Positions 37,624 through 47,763 of a DNA stretch of 64,000 nt are shown here, one piece after another. Both the position numbers and the translations under genes were made by a program. Within the stretch, counting starts at the first letter, position 1. The number at the start of each line of letters is the position of its first letter. This DNA comes from a virus (Duplodnaviria; Caudoviricetes): positions 96,001-160,000 of the IMG/VR virus record IMGVR_UViG_3300045594_000116. One strand, 5' to 3'. The notes under the pieces are model-generated. The model did not search any database. It saw nothing but the letters and a program-made list of their open reading frames with translations, and was not told where the DNA came from.

Positions 37624-39533
37624 ACACTATGGGAACTGAATTAGTTACTAACGTTGTAAGCAAAACAAATCTGAGAAAGGCTCAGCTGAATGCATTCCGC
37701 ATTGCTGCTGAAACTCTTACGTGTGCTTTCGGACCGTATGCATCTACTACGGCTATTCGTCATGGCGAAACCGAGAAAGATCAGTTCGGTGGCACTACCT
37801 ATACTAAGGATGGTCATACCATTCTTAAAAGCCTGCTGATCAATCGTCCGATCGAGATGTCTGCTATTGAAGATCTGAAACGTATTACGTCTGAGACTGT
37901 AAAGAAGGTCGGCGATGGAACGACTTCTGCGACCATTCTGTCGTATATCATCTATCAGTGGCTTACGTTTGCCAACAATAAGTTTGGCATTCCTGAATCT
38001 CGTCTTGTACGTGATCTACAGAGTACGACGAAGCAGATCATCGATCTGATCGAGACGAAGAAGCGTCCATGCACCTCTATGGATATCTTCGAGATTGCCA
38101 TTATCTCCACGAATGGCAACGTAGAAGTTTCTAATGCCATCAAGCAGCTCTATGAGAAGCATGGCATGGGTGTATTTATCGACGTAGGCATTTCCAATAC
38201 GGAAGAGCATGTAGTCAAAGAGTACGATGGCCTGACCTTTGATCAGGGCTATTACAATGCTGGCTTCATCAACAATGAGGCAAAAGGTACTTGCGAGATC
38301 GATCGTCCGAAGATCTATGTATTTGAAGATCCGGTAGATACTCCATCTATGCGTACATTCTTTGATAAGATTCTGTATGACAATATCTGGGGTCCGCTCA
38401 GCTCTTATGCTTCCGCTAAGCAGCAGGGTAAAGAAACGAAGGTATCTATCGTTCCGACTGTTATCTTCAGCCCGGCATATGGCCATGATATGAAGTCTAT
38501 GGCTGATGATGTAATGGCACGCTTTGGCCAGTTCCCGGTCAACCAGAAGCCGCCATTCCTTTCTGTAACGAATATCCATGATAAAGATGCTCTGTCTGAT
38601 CTTTGCACTTTGACTGGAGCTCGTCTTATCAAGAAGTATCAGCTTCCGGAAGAGGAGAAAGAGGATCAGGGACGTGGTCTTGCTCCGACGCTTGAGACTA
38701 TTCATGAGTTCTCTGGCACGGCTGGCCGTGTAGTTGCAGATGCGGCAAAGACTAAGGTTGTAGATCCTGGCCTGATGTTTGTATACAGCTCTGACGGTGA
38801 AATTGAGAAGGATGAAAACGGCAATCCTGTACACAGTAATGTGTATGAGAATCTGGTCAATGCTTGTGAACTCCAGCTCAAGCAGCTTGAGAACGAGCAT
38901 AAAGAACTGACTCAGATCTATCTACTGAAGAAGAGAATCAACTCTCTTAAAGGAAATATGGTAGAGTATCTGGTTGGTGGTGTATCAACGTCTGATCGTG
39001 ATTCTGTTAAGGATCTGGTTGAGGATGCTGTATTGAACTGCCGTAGTGCTGCTGCTGAAGGTGTTGGCTATGGTGCTAACTTTGAGGCTCTGCGTGCGCT
39101 CAATACTCTCGCCAAGAAAGAGTCTCCGGACAAAGCTATTGATCCGAATACGCAATATTCCATGGTTTCTATGCTGCTTGATGCATATACTACCATGGCA
39201 CAGACTCTGTATAAGAGTGCTCTTGATGGTAATGCTCAGGAGGCGCTTCAGCTTGTTGCACTTAGTGTAGCAAAAGATCGTCCTTGCAATCTTGCTGAGC
39301 TTGTTGTCACCTCTGATGGTGCTGGTGGACACAATATCACTGATGCAGCTATCGATGCAGCATTCAATGAAGCTCGTCCGGTTCTTAGCTCCATCAAGTC
39401 TGATGAGGTAATTCTCAATGCGATTTCCAAGATCATTGGCGTTACGTTCGCAACGAATCAGTATTTCGTTCAGGACCCGCGCTATAACATCTATGAAGAT
39501 GCTCCGGTAGTTGCAGCCGCAGTAACGAAATAA
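37620..39533 (+). CDS. groEL: Phage GroEL-like chaperonin
   Basis: FGP, TKDGHTI, GDGTTSAT, VEDAV, GYG motifs; terminator 39554-39581. Confidence 0.9.
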   Translation: MNTMGTELVTNVVSKTNLRKAQLNAFRIAAETLTCAFGPYASTTAIRHGETEKDQFGGTTYTKDGHTILKSLLINRPIEMSAIEDLKRITSETVKKVGDGTTSATILSYIIYQWLTFANNKFGIPESRLVRDLQSTTKQIIDLIETKKRPCTSMDIFEIAIISTNGNVEVSNAIKQLYEKHGMGVFIDVGISNTEEHVVKEYDGLTFDQGYYNAGFINNEAKGTCEIDRPKIYVFEDPVDTPSMRTFFDKILYDNIWGPLSSYASAKQQGKETKVSIVPTVIFSPAYGHDMKSMADDVMARFGQFPVNQKPPFLSVTNIHDKDALSDLCTLTGARLIKKYQLPEEEKEDQGRGLAPTLETIHEFSGTAGRVVADAAKTKVVDPGLMFVYSSDGEIEKDENGNPVHSNVYENLVNACELQLKQLENEHKELTQIYLLKKRINSLKGNMVEYLVGGVSTSDRDSVKDLVEDAVLNCRSAAAEGVGYGANFEALRALNTLAKKESPDKAIDPNTQYSMVSMLLDAYTTMAQTLYKSALDGNAQEALQLVALSVAKDRPCNLAELVVTSDGAGGHNITDAAIDAAFNEARPVLSSIKSDEVILNAISKIIGVTFATNQYFVQDPRYNIYEDAPVVAAAVTK

Positions 39534-39614
39534 ATCATAAAATGATGGTAAATAAAGGCTACGAGTTTCTTCGTAGCCTTTAAATACCGCGTTTTAAAAT
39601 CGAGGTGAAATTAT

Positions 39615-40409
39615 ATGCGTATGACATTTAATGAGTATATTAAGAATCCTGCTGGTAAGGATAATGCTGTATACAGCGCTAGAGAAATGTTCAAAAAGAT
39701 GTATACTGAGAAGTATAGCAAGGTAATGACTAGGGAAGCTGGTCATATGTCCACGTCGATGTATATCAAAGGCAACAGTGTTCTCAGTGCCAGTGATTAT
39801 ATCATTCATCTCAGAGTTCCATCTGAAACTGTAGCTCATTTCTTCTATGATGTGGTGATAAGCTTTAGTACATCTAATGCTATTCATGCTATCGGAAATG
39901 ACTTGTTCGACTATGATGCTAAGTTCTATAGCAATGATCCAGCATTCGTATTCACTTTTGCTCATTCGTTCATAAAGAACAAGATGTTCTTCGAGGATCT
40001 TAGATCTAAGATGAGTAAGATAGCTATTAGGGATAAGGCTAAAGTACGCAATCCTAAAGATGTAATCGGATACGTGAAGACAATCTACTTCGCTTATCTG
40101 TATATGAAGGATCATGGGCTTAACAATAAAGCACAGTGGAGCACAGCTGTATCGTACAATCCAAAGTATCTTCTCGACAATGTAATGCCGGCAGATAATA
40201 AGGTAGCTCTTCGTCAGGAAAAGCGTGGAGAAAAAGCCGATAACTCCAAACCTATTGAAAAGAAGAAGAAGCATTTTGAAGTTCAGGGTGCTACTAGTAA
40301 CATTACTCGTCGTAAAGGTGCCGGTAAGCTTACAAGAAAGGCTAATAGAGTCAATAAAGCTAAGCGCGCAGGTATGGTAAACACGGTTCGTTCGGGACGT
40401 ATCGTATAA
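39615..40409 (+). CDS. Hypothetical protein with very basic C-terminus
   Basis: RBS GAGGTG; lies between groEL and the sigma-like gene. Confidence 0.65.
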   Translation: MRMTFNEYIKNPAGKDNAVYSAREMFKKMYTEKYSKVMTREAGHMSTSMYIKGNSVLSASDYIIHLRVPSETVAHFFYDVVISFSTSNAIHAIGNDLFDYDAKFYSNDPAFVFTFAHSFIKNKMFFEDLRSKMSKIAIRDKAKVRNPKDVIGYVKTIYFAYLYMKDHGLNNKAQWSTAVSYNPKYLLDNVMPADNKVALRQEKRGEKADNSKPIEKKKKHFEVQGATSNITRRKGAGKLTRKANRVNKAKRAGMVNTVRSGRIV

Positions 40410-40472
40410 ACTGCAAGTAGATTATATATTATAATTTTGAAAGTAAAAATCTCAATAGGGAGGAATTTACAA

Positions 40473-42164
40473 TTGCAACAGACTGCTATGAAACTTGTAG
40501 AACCATCAGAGGTTATACCAGTTGACCAATGGTTACCAGAGAGCCCGTCAGATGTATTATTTGACCATGCTCGATCTGCGATTATCCTTAACATTGCTCC
40601 ACTGTATGGTTTGGAGAGTGAGAAGGAAAATATCAACTATTTCGTTATGTCACCAAATCGGTGCTATAATGGAGATACAAAAGTTAAGTATAAAAAGGAA
40701 GGTAAGAACGTAGCAGACGTATATCATACGATTACGGATGAGGTTCTTGCTAAGTATGATGAAATGGTACAAGCCGGATTGATCAAAGAGTACAGTACAT
40801 CTGTAGGGTTCAGAGATCATTTTTGCCGTTACATCAATTATTTCGAGAAGTTTTATGATAAAGATCACTGGCTGTTTGCATTCTATGCAAGAATCAAATT
40901 CATGATTGACTATATGCCTGGATATCCAGAGTATACAGCAGAGGGTTTGATCAGTGATCTGAAGAGATGTATCATTGACTACAGAAACAAAGATGGTTCG
41001 TTCTCAATGCTACATGCATGTATATCCAATATGGTTAATGATAATTATTTCATTAATCAGACTTATGAGAATTCGATGAATGAATGCTTGGCGTATAATA
41101 ATCACCATGCAAAAATTCTTATGGAAATCTCTATCATCTTTAACATGGGAATTCCTATTCTCTCTCATTATGCATTCAAAGCCGGATTGGCATCAGTGGA
41201 TGTCAACCGTCTGTTCATGATGTTCTTCGATGAAGTCTATAAGATGACTAAAGAGAAGCATGGAGTTGATATGTTCAGTAAGCTTTATGAGACTACTGAA
41301 AGCAATGTCATCAAGAATGTAAAGAGAAATGGAATGCTCTGGGATATGCAGGATATCCGTGGTATCAATCCTACTACCTTGATATTCAAGATTGTAGAGC
41401 AGATTACCAGACAGCTTATTCCTAAGTATGTATTTGATAAGAACGTAGTGTTCTTTAACTTTAATGCTATTCTCAGTGAGCTTAGATATAAGGTTACTGA
41501 TAATGAGTATGAGTTTAAGCTTGCATCTGTATCATCATCTGATAGAGATGAAGATAATAACTCTGCTGCTGATAAGTTTGAAGCGCATATCTCTAAAGTA
41601 AATGAAGCATTGGTATTGCAGTCAAATGTAAACTGCGATAGTACAATGGAAAAGATAGAGCAGCTCTATGGGCCATTCTCTAATGAGGAGATTGAGTTCT
41701 ATAAGAAAGAGCTTACTCGTAATGGAAGACCTATCAAGACCGAGTATCAGACGTATCTTATCTCTTACTTGTTCTTGAAGTATTTCAAAGATAAAGGTGC
41801 TACGACACTTGTAAACAACCGTAACTATATCAAACTTATGATTGCGGCTAAGAGATTTCTCTATAGTGCAGGACTAACCATTCTGCCTGAGATTATCGCT
41901 GGTCGTGCTGAGCGTATTGTTACAAAGAAAGTTGTAAACAAGAAGATCAAGCTCCGCATTCAGATGTCCGAAATGTATCCACGAGTTCAGGCTAAATATC
42001 AAAACCCGAAACTTGAGGATAATATCTTCGGACATATTGCAAAGATTCTGGCATCAGATTTCAGAATGATTGATTTCCACCATCCGGAACTTAATGGCCG
42101 GAAGTTGGAACCTATTCCTGAACTTCTCTGCGAAGAATTCTTGCAATTTGTAATGATGATTTAA
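40473..42164 (+). CDS. nvRNAP promoter-specificity (sigma-like) subunit, AR9 gp226-like
   Basis: Early promoter 40423-40432; GGGAGGA plus TTG. Two genes downstream of groEL, as for AR9 gp228/gp226. Motifs IPIL, KLY..LW, ILPEI and L.EE.L...I match gp226 as recalled. Confidence 0.65.
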   Translation: MQQTAMKLVEPSEVIPVDQWLPESPSDVLFDHARSAIILNIAPLYGLESEKENINYFVMSPNRCYNGDTKVKYKKEGKNVADVYHTITDEVLAKYDEMVQAGLIKEYSTSVGFRDHFCRYINYFEKFYDKDHWLFAFYARIKFMIDYMPGYPEYTAEGLISDLKRCIIDYRNKDGSFSMLHACISNMVNDNYFINQTYENSMNECLAYNNHHAKILMEISIIFNMGIPILSHYAFKAGLASVDVNRLFMMFFDEVYKMTKEKHGVDMFSKLYETTESNVIKNVKRNGMLWDMQDIRGINPTTLIFKIVEQITRQLIPKYVFDKNVVFFNFNAILSELRYKVTDNEYEFKLASVSSSDRDEDNNSAADKFEAHISKVNEALVLQSNVNCDSTMEKIEQLYGPFSNEEIEFYKKELTRNGRPIKTEYQTYLISYLFLKYFKDKGATTLVNNRNYIKLMIAAKRFLYSAGLTILPEIIAGRAERIVTKKVVNKKIKLRIQMSEMYPRVQAKYQNPKLEDNIFGHIAKILASDFRMIDFHHPELNGRKLEPIPELLCEEFLQFVMMI

Positions 42165-42225
42165 AAGGGATTTAGGGTAAGCAGTAATGCTTACCCTTTA
42201 TTTTTCTTTTTAAGGAGGCATTAGA

Positions 42226-43287
42226 ATGGAACTGCAAGAACAACTGCGTTCATTCTTATTAGAAAAACTATCCGATGCTATACCAGCATCTGGTGGTAAA
42301 GAGGTTGTAGTGCGTTGTCGATTCTGTGGCGATAGCCAATCAGATAGAAATGCACGACATCTCTATATTTCATTAGGATCTAAAGAAAAACCTCCTATGT
42401 ATAACTGTTTCAAATGTGGAGAGCACGGAATTCTTACAAAATCTGTGTTAGAAACGCTAGTAGATACGGTTGATGATGGAGAGTTAGTTGGTAATCTTAA
42501 TACAGCATTGAGTAAGTATTATAAGATGCATAAAACACATGGAAAGAATACTGTATTCAATATAAGAATAGATTACAATAACACAGACGCATTAGACGAT
42601 GCTAAGCTACTGTATATTAACAAGAGACTTGGCTTGAATCTGACATATAGTGATTTGGTAATGAATAAGATAGTGCTGAATCTTAGAAACTTGATTATAG
42701 ATAATCACATTACTGAACTCACTAGAGATGAAAGAAGCGTTATGGAATTGGCTGAAAGCTTCTTAGGATTTCTGTCTATGAATAATGGATATGTAACGAT
42801 GAAGAACCTTAGACCCGGTAAGGTGTCTAAGTACGTTGATCATAAATACGTCGATTACGCTTTGTTCGATTCAGAGAGTAATAGCCGTAGATTCTATAGC
42901 ATTCCAACTACGGTTAATTTGTTGGACCCAACTCCTATTAAAGTTCATATTGCAGAAGGATGTTTTGATATACTTGGAATATTCTATCATGTATGTAATG
43001 GGAATAGGTATCAGAATCTGTATATAAACTGTGGGGATAAAGCATATAACAATGTAGTGAAGATGCTATTGAAAGAGTATGGACTGATCAATTGCGAGTT
43101 CTATCTATATCCAGATAACGATGTGCAAACTAAAGATATTTATATCAATACTTTTGGTAGACCATTGCACATAATCAGAAATAGATATCCTGAAGAAAAA
43201 GATTTCGGAGTACCCGAATCACGCATTAAACCGATGCCTGAGGCAAGTTATACCGGAAACCGGTTCAATCGCACAAATCGCTATTAA
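42226..43287 (+). CDS. DnaG-type DNA primase
   Basis: Zn-binding CRFCGD..H..CFKC; TOPRIM IAEGCFD and YPDND. Confidence 0.8.
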   Translation: MELQEQLRSFLLEKLSDAIPASGGKEVVVRCRFCGDSQSDRNARHLYISLGSKEKPPMYNCFKCGEHGILTKSVLETLVDTVDDGELVGNLNTALSKYYKMHKTHGKNTVFNIRIDYNNTDALDDAKLLYINKRLGLNLTYSDLVMNKIVLNLRNLIIDNHITELTRDERSVMELAESFLGFLSMNNGYVTMKNLRPGKVSKYVDHKYVDYALFDSESNSRRFYSIPTTVNLLDPTPIKVHIAEGCFDILGIFYHVCNGNRYQNLYINCGDKAYNNVVKMLLKEYGLINCEFYLYPDNDVQTKDIYINTFGRPLHIIRNRYPEEKDFGVPESRIKPMPEASYTGNRFNRTNRY

Positions 43288-43366
43288 TGACGTTTCTAAT
43301 CCCATTGGTTCAGCACCAATGGGATTTTATTTTTTGTGGAAACATCGAAGTAAAGAGGTGAAAACG

Positions 43367-44611
43367 ATGGGTAGATTTATAAATACCACTTATAATAATA
43401 CAGTAAATTCACTAGTGACTGCAGCTAATGAAAAACTGCAGAATCCATTTACTACCTTCCCTGATGGGAAAGGACCTACAGAGGTAACGTTCTTTAATAT
43501 CAATAAAGATAAGAGTACCTTTGATAAAGCTACAGGAGATACGTACGAAGAGTACGGACCAGATTCTTCCTTATTCTATGATAAGATTGAGAAAGTTTTC
43601 TTATTCGGTCTTGCACATATCGAAATTGATATAGAGCAGGGTGAATTTGGTTCTGAATCTAATAAGGTTCAGGGAGAGTGCTATCTCCCGCCTAATACAT
43701 TCAAACCGTACCAGTCTAGTTATTTTTTGATCAATTATCTCAAAGGTAAGAGAATTCTCTTCCGTGTAGTCAATGTGAATAGAGATACACTGGACAACGG
43801 TGGCAACTTCTATAAGATTGATTACGAGGCTGATCTGGTTGGTGAAGCAGCCATAGCCCAAATTGAAAGATCTGTAGTTCGTAAATTTACGATGCTTGCC
43901 AACTTCATTGGTACTGAAACCAGATGTGTTATTCAGAATGATGAATACCAAACAATAGTTAAGATTCAGAATGCATGTGACGAACTTCGTAACTACTATC
44001 ATGATATGTTCTTCAAGCCAAAGGTTCAAACCTTTGTCTATAAGTATTCTGATAGAGATAAAGGGATTTATTTCTATGATCCGTTCATGATAGAATTCCT
44101 TACGAAGAATGGGATACTGTATGGATCTAATAAGTTTGAGTATATATCTCAGGCATGTGTATTGCCACAATCATTTACAATAGATTATAATAGATCTGTA
44201 TTTAGAATGATTGAGACTCAGAATGCTAATCAAGAGATCTATCGGGTTTATGCTACAAGAATATATGATCCGATGAGTTTAATGACTGTGCGACTTGAAG
44301 ACTACTATTCGATCTCTATACGTGATGAATCTGGAGAGCGTATTAGCGGTGTATTAGCAGATCCAATTGATTGCTTTGATACCGTATTTATAGATGCTTT
44401 ACAGGGTAATAAGATATTCGATGAAAATGATTTCAGATACTATATGAATATCACTCTTGATTCTTTCTATAATAGAGATATCACAGAACATCAAGTTGAT
44501 TCTATCTATAAGATAAACTTTGTTCCTTGCAAAGAGCTGTTCTACATGATACCTCTAACGATATTTTCCCTTGAAAGGTACGTTTACAGACGGCTTAAAA
44601 CTACGTCGTAA
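43367..44611 (+). CDS. Late virion structural protein
   Basis: Late promoter AACA TCGAAG TA (43341-43352) and RBS GAGGTG. Confidence 0.6.
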   Translation: MGRFINTTYNNTVNSLVTAANEKLQNPFTTFPDGKGPTEVTFFNINKDKSTFDKATGDTYEEYGPDSSLFYDKIEKVFLFGLAHIEIDIEQGEFGSESNKVQGECYLPPNTFKPYQSSYFLINYLKGKRILFRVVNVNRDTLDNGGNFYKIDYEADLVGEAAIAQIERSVVRKFTMLANFIGTETRCVIQNDEYQTIVKIQNACDELRNYYHDMFFKPKVQTFVYKYSDRDKGIYFYDPFMIEFLTKNGILYGSNKFEYISQACVLPQSFTIDYNRSVFRMIETQNANQEIYRVYATRIYDPMSLMTVRLEDYYSISIRDESGERISGVLADPIDCFDTVFIDALQGNKIFDENDFRYYMNITLDSFYNRDITEHQVDSIYKINFVPCKELFYMIPLTIFSLERYVYRRLKTTS

Positions 44612-44645
44612 ACATAAGAGTAAATTGCAAGGAAGGAGATATATC

Positions 44646-44978
44646 ATGACTAAACAGGTTGATGAATTTCTTTTGCGTGAAATGGAAAGTGAAGATGTAG
44701 CAGACACGATCCATTCATGTGTTGATGGTACTGATGAAATCATAGAAGCTATGATGGAAACAGAGAGCAAAAAAGAAGTTTCTGATAGGGTTTTCCCGGT
44801 AGCGGAAAAATACCAAGAGACTATAGATCCAGAAACTCTTCGTATAGCCGAGTCCTTATCCAAAGATGAGTATAGCTGCGAATGCGGTGAACTCGTTGGA
44901 GAGAAGAACGAAGGTTGTACATGTAAGAGTTGTGGCAAAAAAGTAACAAAGGGAGGAAAGAAACATGCATCCAATTGA
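44646..44978 (+). CDS. Small late protein ending in a beta-prime-like zinc-binding domain
   Basis: Late promoter 44611-44622; KDEYSCECGELVGEKNEGCTCKSCGKKVT. Confidence 0.65.
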   Translation: MTKQVDEFLLREMESEDVADTIHSCVDGTDEIIEAMMETESKKEVSDRVFPVAEKYQETIDPETLRIAESLSKDEYSCECGELVGEKNEGCTCKSCGKKVTKGGKKHASN

Positions 44979-45237
44979 TGAAGAGCTTATTGGAATCGGC
45001 GGAAGCGATATTATCGCTGAAGAAGCTTCTGGAGAGGCTGAAGACGTTGATCACATCATCGATGACGAGGAAGAAGAAGAGCAGGAAGCTGAGGATGAAC
45101 TCCTCGGCGATAGCGCACGCGATGATGAAGTTGATATTGTTGTAAACTCTGACCTCGAAGAGCATCCTGAAGAGGATAACGATGATGACGAGGCCAAAGA
45201 GATTACTATAAAAATTAAATTTGGAGGTAAAGACTAA
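44965..45237 (+). CDS. Small highly acidic protein
   Basis: RBS GGGAGG; Asp/Glu-rich. Confidence 0.65.
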   Translation: MHPIDEELIGIGGSDIIAEEASGEAEDVDHIIDDEEEEEQEAEDELLGDSARDDEVDIVVNSDLEEHPEEDNDDDEAKEITIKIKFGGKD

Positions 45238-45719
45238 TGGAAATCACGACAAAGAAAGTTAATATGTATGCAGCCAGCCCGACGACTGTCGGATTTGGTA
45301 TTCCTAGAGTTGGAAATCTGAGAGGCATTACTATGACGGTAGCTGACATTCGTCAGGCTCTGCGTAGTCATGCGCATATCGAAGAGATCATGGACGATGG
45401 CCGTCTGGTTCCGCTCGATTTCTCGAACTTTGACAAAGACAATTCTGTTGCCAGCGAACTGACGCAGGCAGCTCCGGTTGTAAGCATTGTTACTCCGCTT
45501 GGTGAGCAGACTCCGATCGATGTCGCTAAGAAAGCAGAAGCTGCTAAAGCTGCTGCAGAGGCTGCAAAACCTGAGACGACTGTAGAGGTTCATGAGCCGC
45601 CGGCTTGTGATCCGTTTGCCGATGTAGCTGCTGATGCTAAGAAAGCAGAAGCAACTGTTACAAAGGTAGAGGAAGAGAAGAAAGCTGACGACAAGACGGC
45701 TGATTCGAAGAAAAAATAA
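45237..45719 (+). CDS. Hypothetical late protein with Ala/Lys/Glu-rich tail
   Basis: RBS GGAGGT; TAATG coupling; terminator 45731-45757. Confidence 0.7.
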   Translation: MEITTKKVNMYAASPTTVGFGIPRVGNLRGITMTVADIRQALRSHAHIEEIMDDGRLVPLDFSNFDKDNSVASELTQAAPVVSIVTPLGEQTPIDVAKKAEAAKAAAEAAKPETTVEVHEPPACDPFADVAADAKKAEATVTKVEEEKKADDKTADSKKK

Positions 45720-45992
45720 AAAATAAGAGACTGGGTAAGGCCATTTGCCTTACCCGGTTTCTTGTGTCTCTTAACAAAGTATGATATCACCCATGTGATC
45801 ACCATCTTTGCATAGATAAAAACTGAGCATCTAACTCCTCCCAGGATACCTTTTCTATCAGGCAGTATAAAACTACCTATCACATCATCTTGATGCTCAC
45901 CTCTTACCATTATTATAATATATAATTCTAAATACGCCAATTTACAATGCTTTACTGAAACATACGAGTAAATGGTAAAGGAGGTAATATGA

Positions 45993-46841
45993 GTGAATCC
46001 GTTAGCTTATATAATTTGTGAATCTACAGCTCAGGATGTAGAATTCAATATTGTAAATCAAAATAGAAACTTTGTAATTGCTGAGGGTATTCTCCAGGAA
46101 GCCGAAGGCGAAAATCGTAATCATCGCTGCTATGCTAGGGAAGATCTCTTCAAAGAGATTACCTCTCCGAGACAGCAGGAATTGGTTCAGAGCGGAAACT
46201 TCAAAGGAGAAGCAGGCCATCCAATGGATGTGAATCTTGCTCGTCAGCAGACTATTGATCCTACCCTTGTTCAGGTTTGGTATACTAAACTTTGGATGGA
46301 CGGCAACTTGGTTAAAGCCCATTTCAGAGGTACGAACAATGAACTTGGTCGTGGATTCAATGCAGACCTTCTGGATGGTCAGAAACCATCATTCTCTCTT
46401 CGCGCTCTTGGCAGAATTGAGAATCAGAAGGGTAAAGCGTATGTAAAAGGGCTTAAGATCGTTACATATGATCGTGTATACTATCCGTCTCATTCAAAAG
46501 CATACACTAGTAAGATCATCAGTGATGATGCTGAAAAGGTAATGGCGAATAGTGCTAAGTTTAGCACTCCTATTAGTGTCAAAGAAGCCGGCAATAATAT
46601 GGTGATGACAGAGAGTGGTATTCTTTCGCCAATTTGCTCTGAATCTGTTCGTAACTATCTTATCTCTGAATCTGCAAACATCGATTTCATTCGTAAGAAT
46701 TTTGATACCTTCTATGAGAGCATCAAACTTACGGAAGATGGAAACAGTGTTGCTTTGACGACTAAAGACTATGATACGATTCTTGTTCCGGTAGAGCGTC
46801 ATATCTCTAACGAAATTATGGAATTTTGCTCGAAATTATAA
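45993..46841 (+). CDS. Prohead protease, T4 gp21-like
   Basis: NRNHRCY, GEAGHP (His), FSLRALG (Ser), TYD.V..PS; late promoter AACA TACGAG TA (45959-45970). Confidence 0.85.
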   Translation: MNPLAYIICESTAQDVEFNIVNQNRNFVIAEGILQEAEGENRNHRCYAREDLFKEITSPRQQELVQSGNFKGEAGHPMDVNLARQQTIDPTLVQVWYTKLWMDGNLVKAHFRGTNNELGRGFNADLLDGQKPSFSLRALGRIENQKGKAYVKGLKIVTYDRVYYPSHSKAYTSKIISDDAEKVMANSAKFSTPISVKEAGNNMVMTESGILSPICSESVRNYLISESANIDFIRKNFDTFYESIKLTEDGNSVALTTKDYDTILVPVERHISNEIMEFCSKL

Positions 46842-46880
46842 AAAATAAACCCCAGCCACATAAAGGCTGGGGATATTTTT

Positions 46881-47684
46881 TTAGCTCATAGCTATTAAGT
46901 CATATGGTGTTCGTGTGTATCGTCTATTTATTTCATGAACAGTACATCTGACATCTACTGCATTAGTTCTAGGGAAGAAATACCCTTTACAACTAACCTG
47001 ATAGTAATCTTCTATCGTATCGATGATAGGAGTTAACTGATTAGGATCTATAACGGCATTTCCTCTCTTAACAACCCAGTGTTCTGGCGGTGTTGTATAA
47101 CCATCCTTCTGGGTGCTAAGAAGTACAGTTGTATAGTCCCTGAATAAGCGATCATCATTTATCTGAGCTATATACTTATTCATGATCTTTGATACTAAAA
47201 CTGCAGGGGTCATCGAAATATATCCAGTGTTCCCATCTTTTTGAAGCAGCTCGTATTTACCCTTCAAAATATCAATGTTGAGAGGTCCAAGACATCTCTG
47301 AAGATAATTAGCATGATCGATTATCCACTTGATAGCATTCTTATTATTAGAATCCTCTATCCAGTTATGATATGCTATATCATTGTGATATCTTATCATA
47401 TTGATATCCTGATCAAGATGAGATTTCTCATGCGCTACTATATACAGTATGCTAGTAATCATATCTTTATCTTCTTGATATTGACACTCTTCAACACAGT
47501 AATTGTATAGACGCGGTATATGGAATATAATGCTTCCTGTACTAGACGATGACCAGGCCATCGTACCTTTAGTTGGTGTACATTGAAATTTGACCTTATT
47601 ACATTTCACCATTGGGTTCAATGCACCTTCTATCAAATTAGAAATATACATGATTGTTCTAACGATCTTTTCTTCTGTTATCAT
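46881..47684 (-). CDS. Early protein with HExxH zinc-metallopeptidase motif
   Basis: IVAHEKSH...E; early promoter 47709-47717; RBS AAGGAGG before ATG 47684. Confidence 0.6.
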   Translation of the reverse strand: MITEEKIVRTIMYISNLIEGALNPMVKCNKVKFQCTPTKGTMAWSSSSTGSIIFHIPRLYNYCVEECQYQEDKDMITSILYIVAHEKSHLDQDINMIRYHNDIAYHNWIEDSNNKNAIKWIIDHANYLQRCLGPLNIDILKGKYELLQKDGNTGYISMTPAVLVSKIMNKYIAQINDDRLFRDYTTVLLSTQKDGYTTPPEHWVVKRGNAVIDPNQLTPIIDTIEDYYQVSCKGYFFPRTNAVDVRCTVHEINRRYTRTPYDLIAMS

Positions 47685-47763
47685 ATTATTGATTCCTCCT
47701 TCATCTATATAATATATGGCCAGACTGATTTTTACATTTAGGTAATAAAGGAGTTGATTAGAA

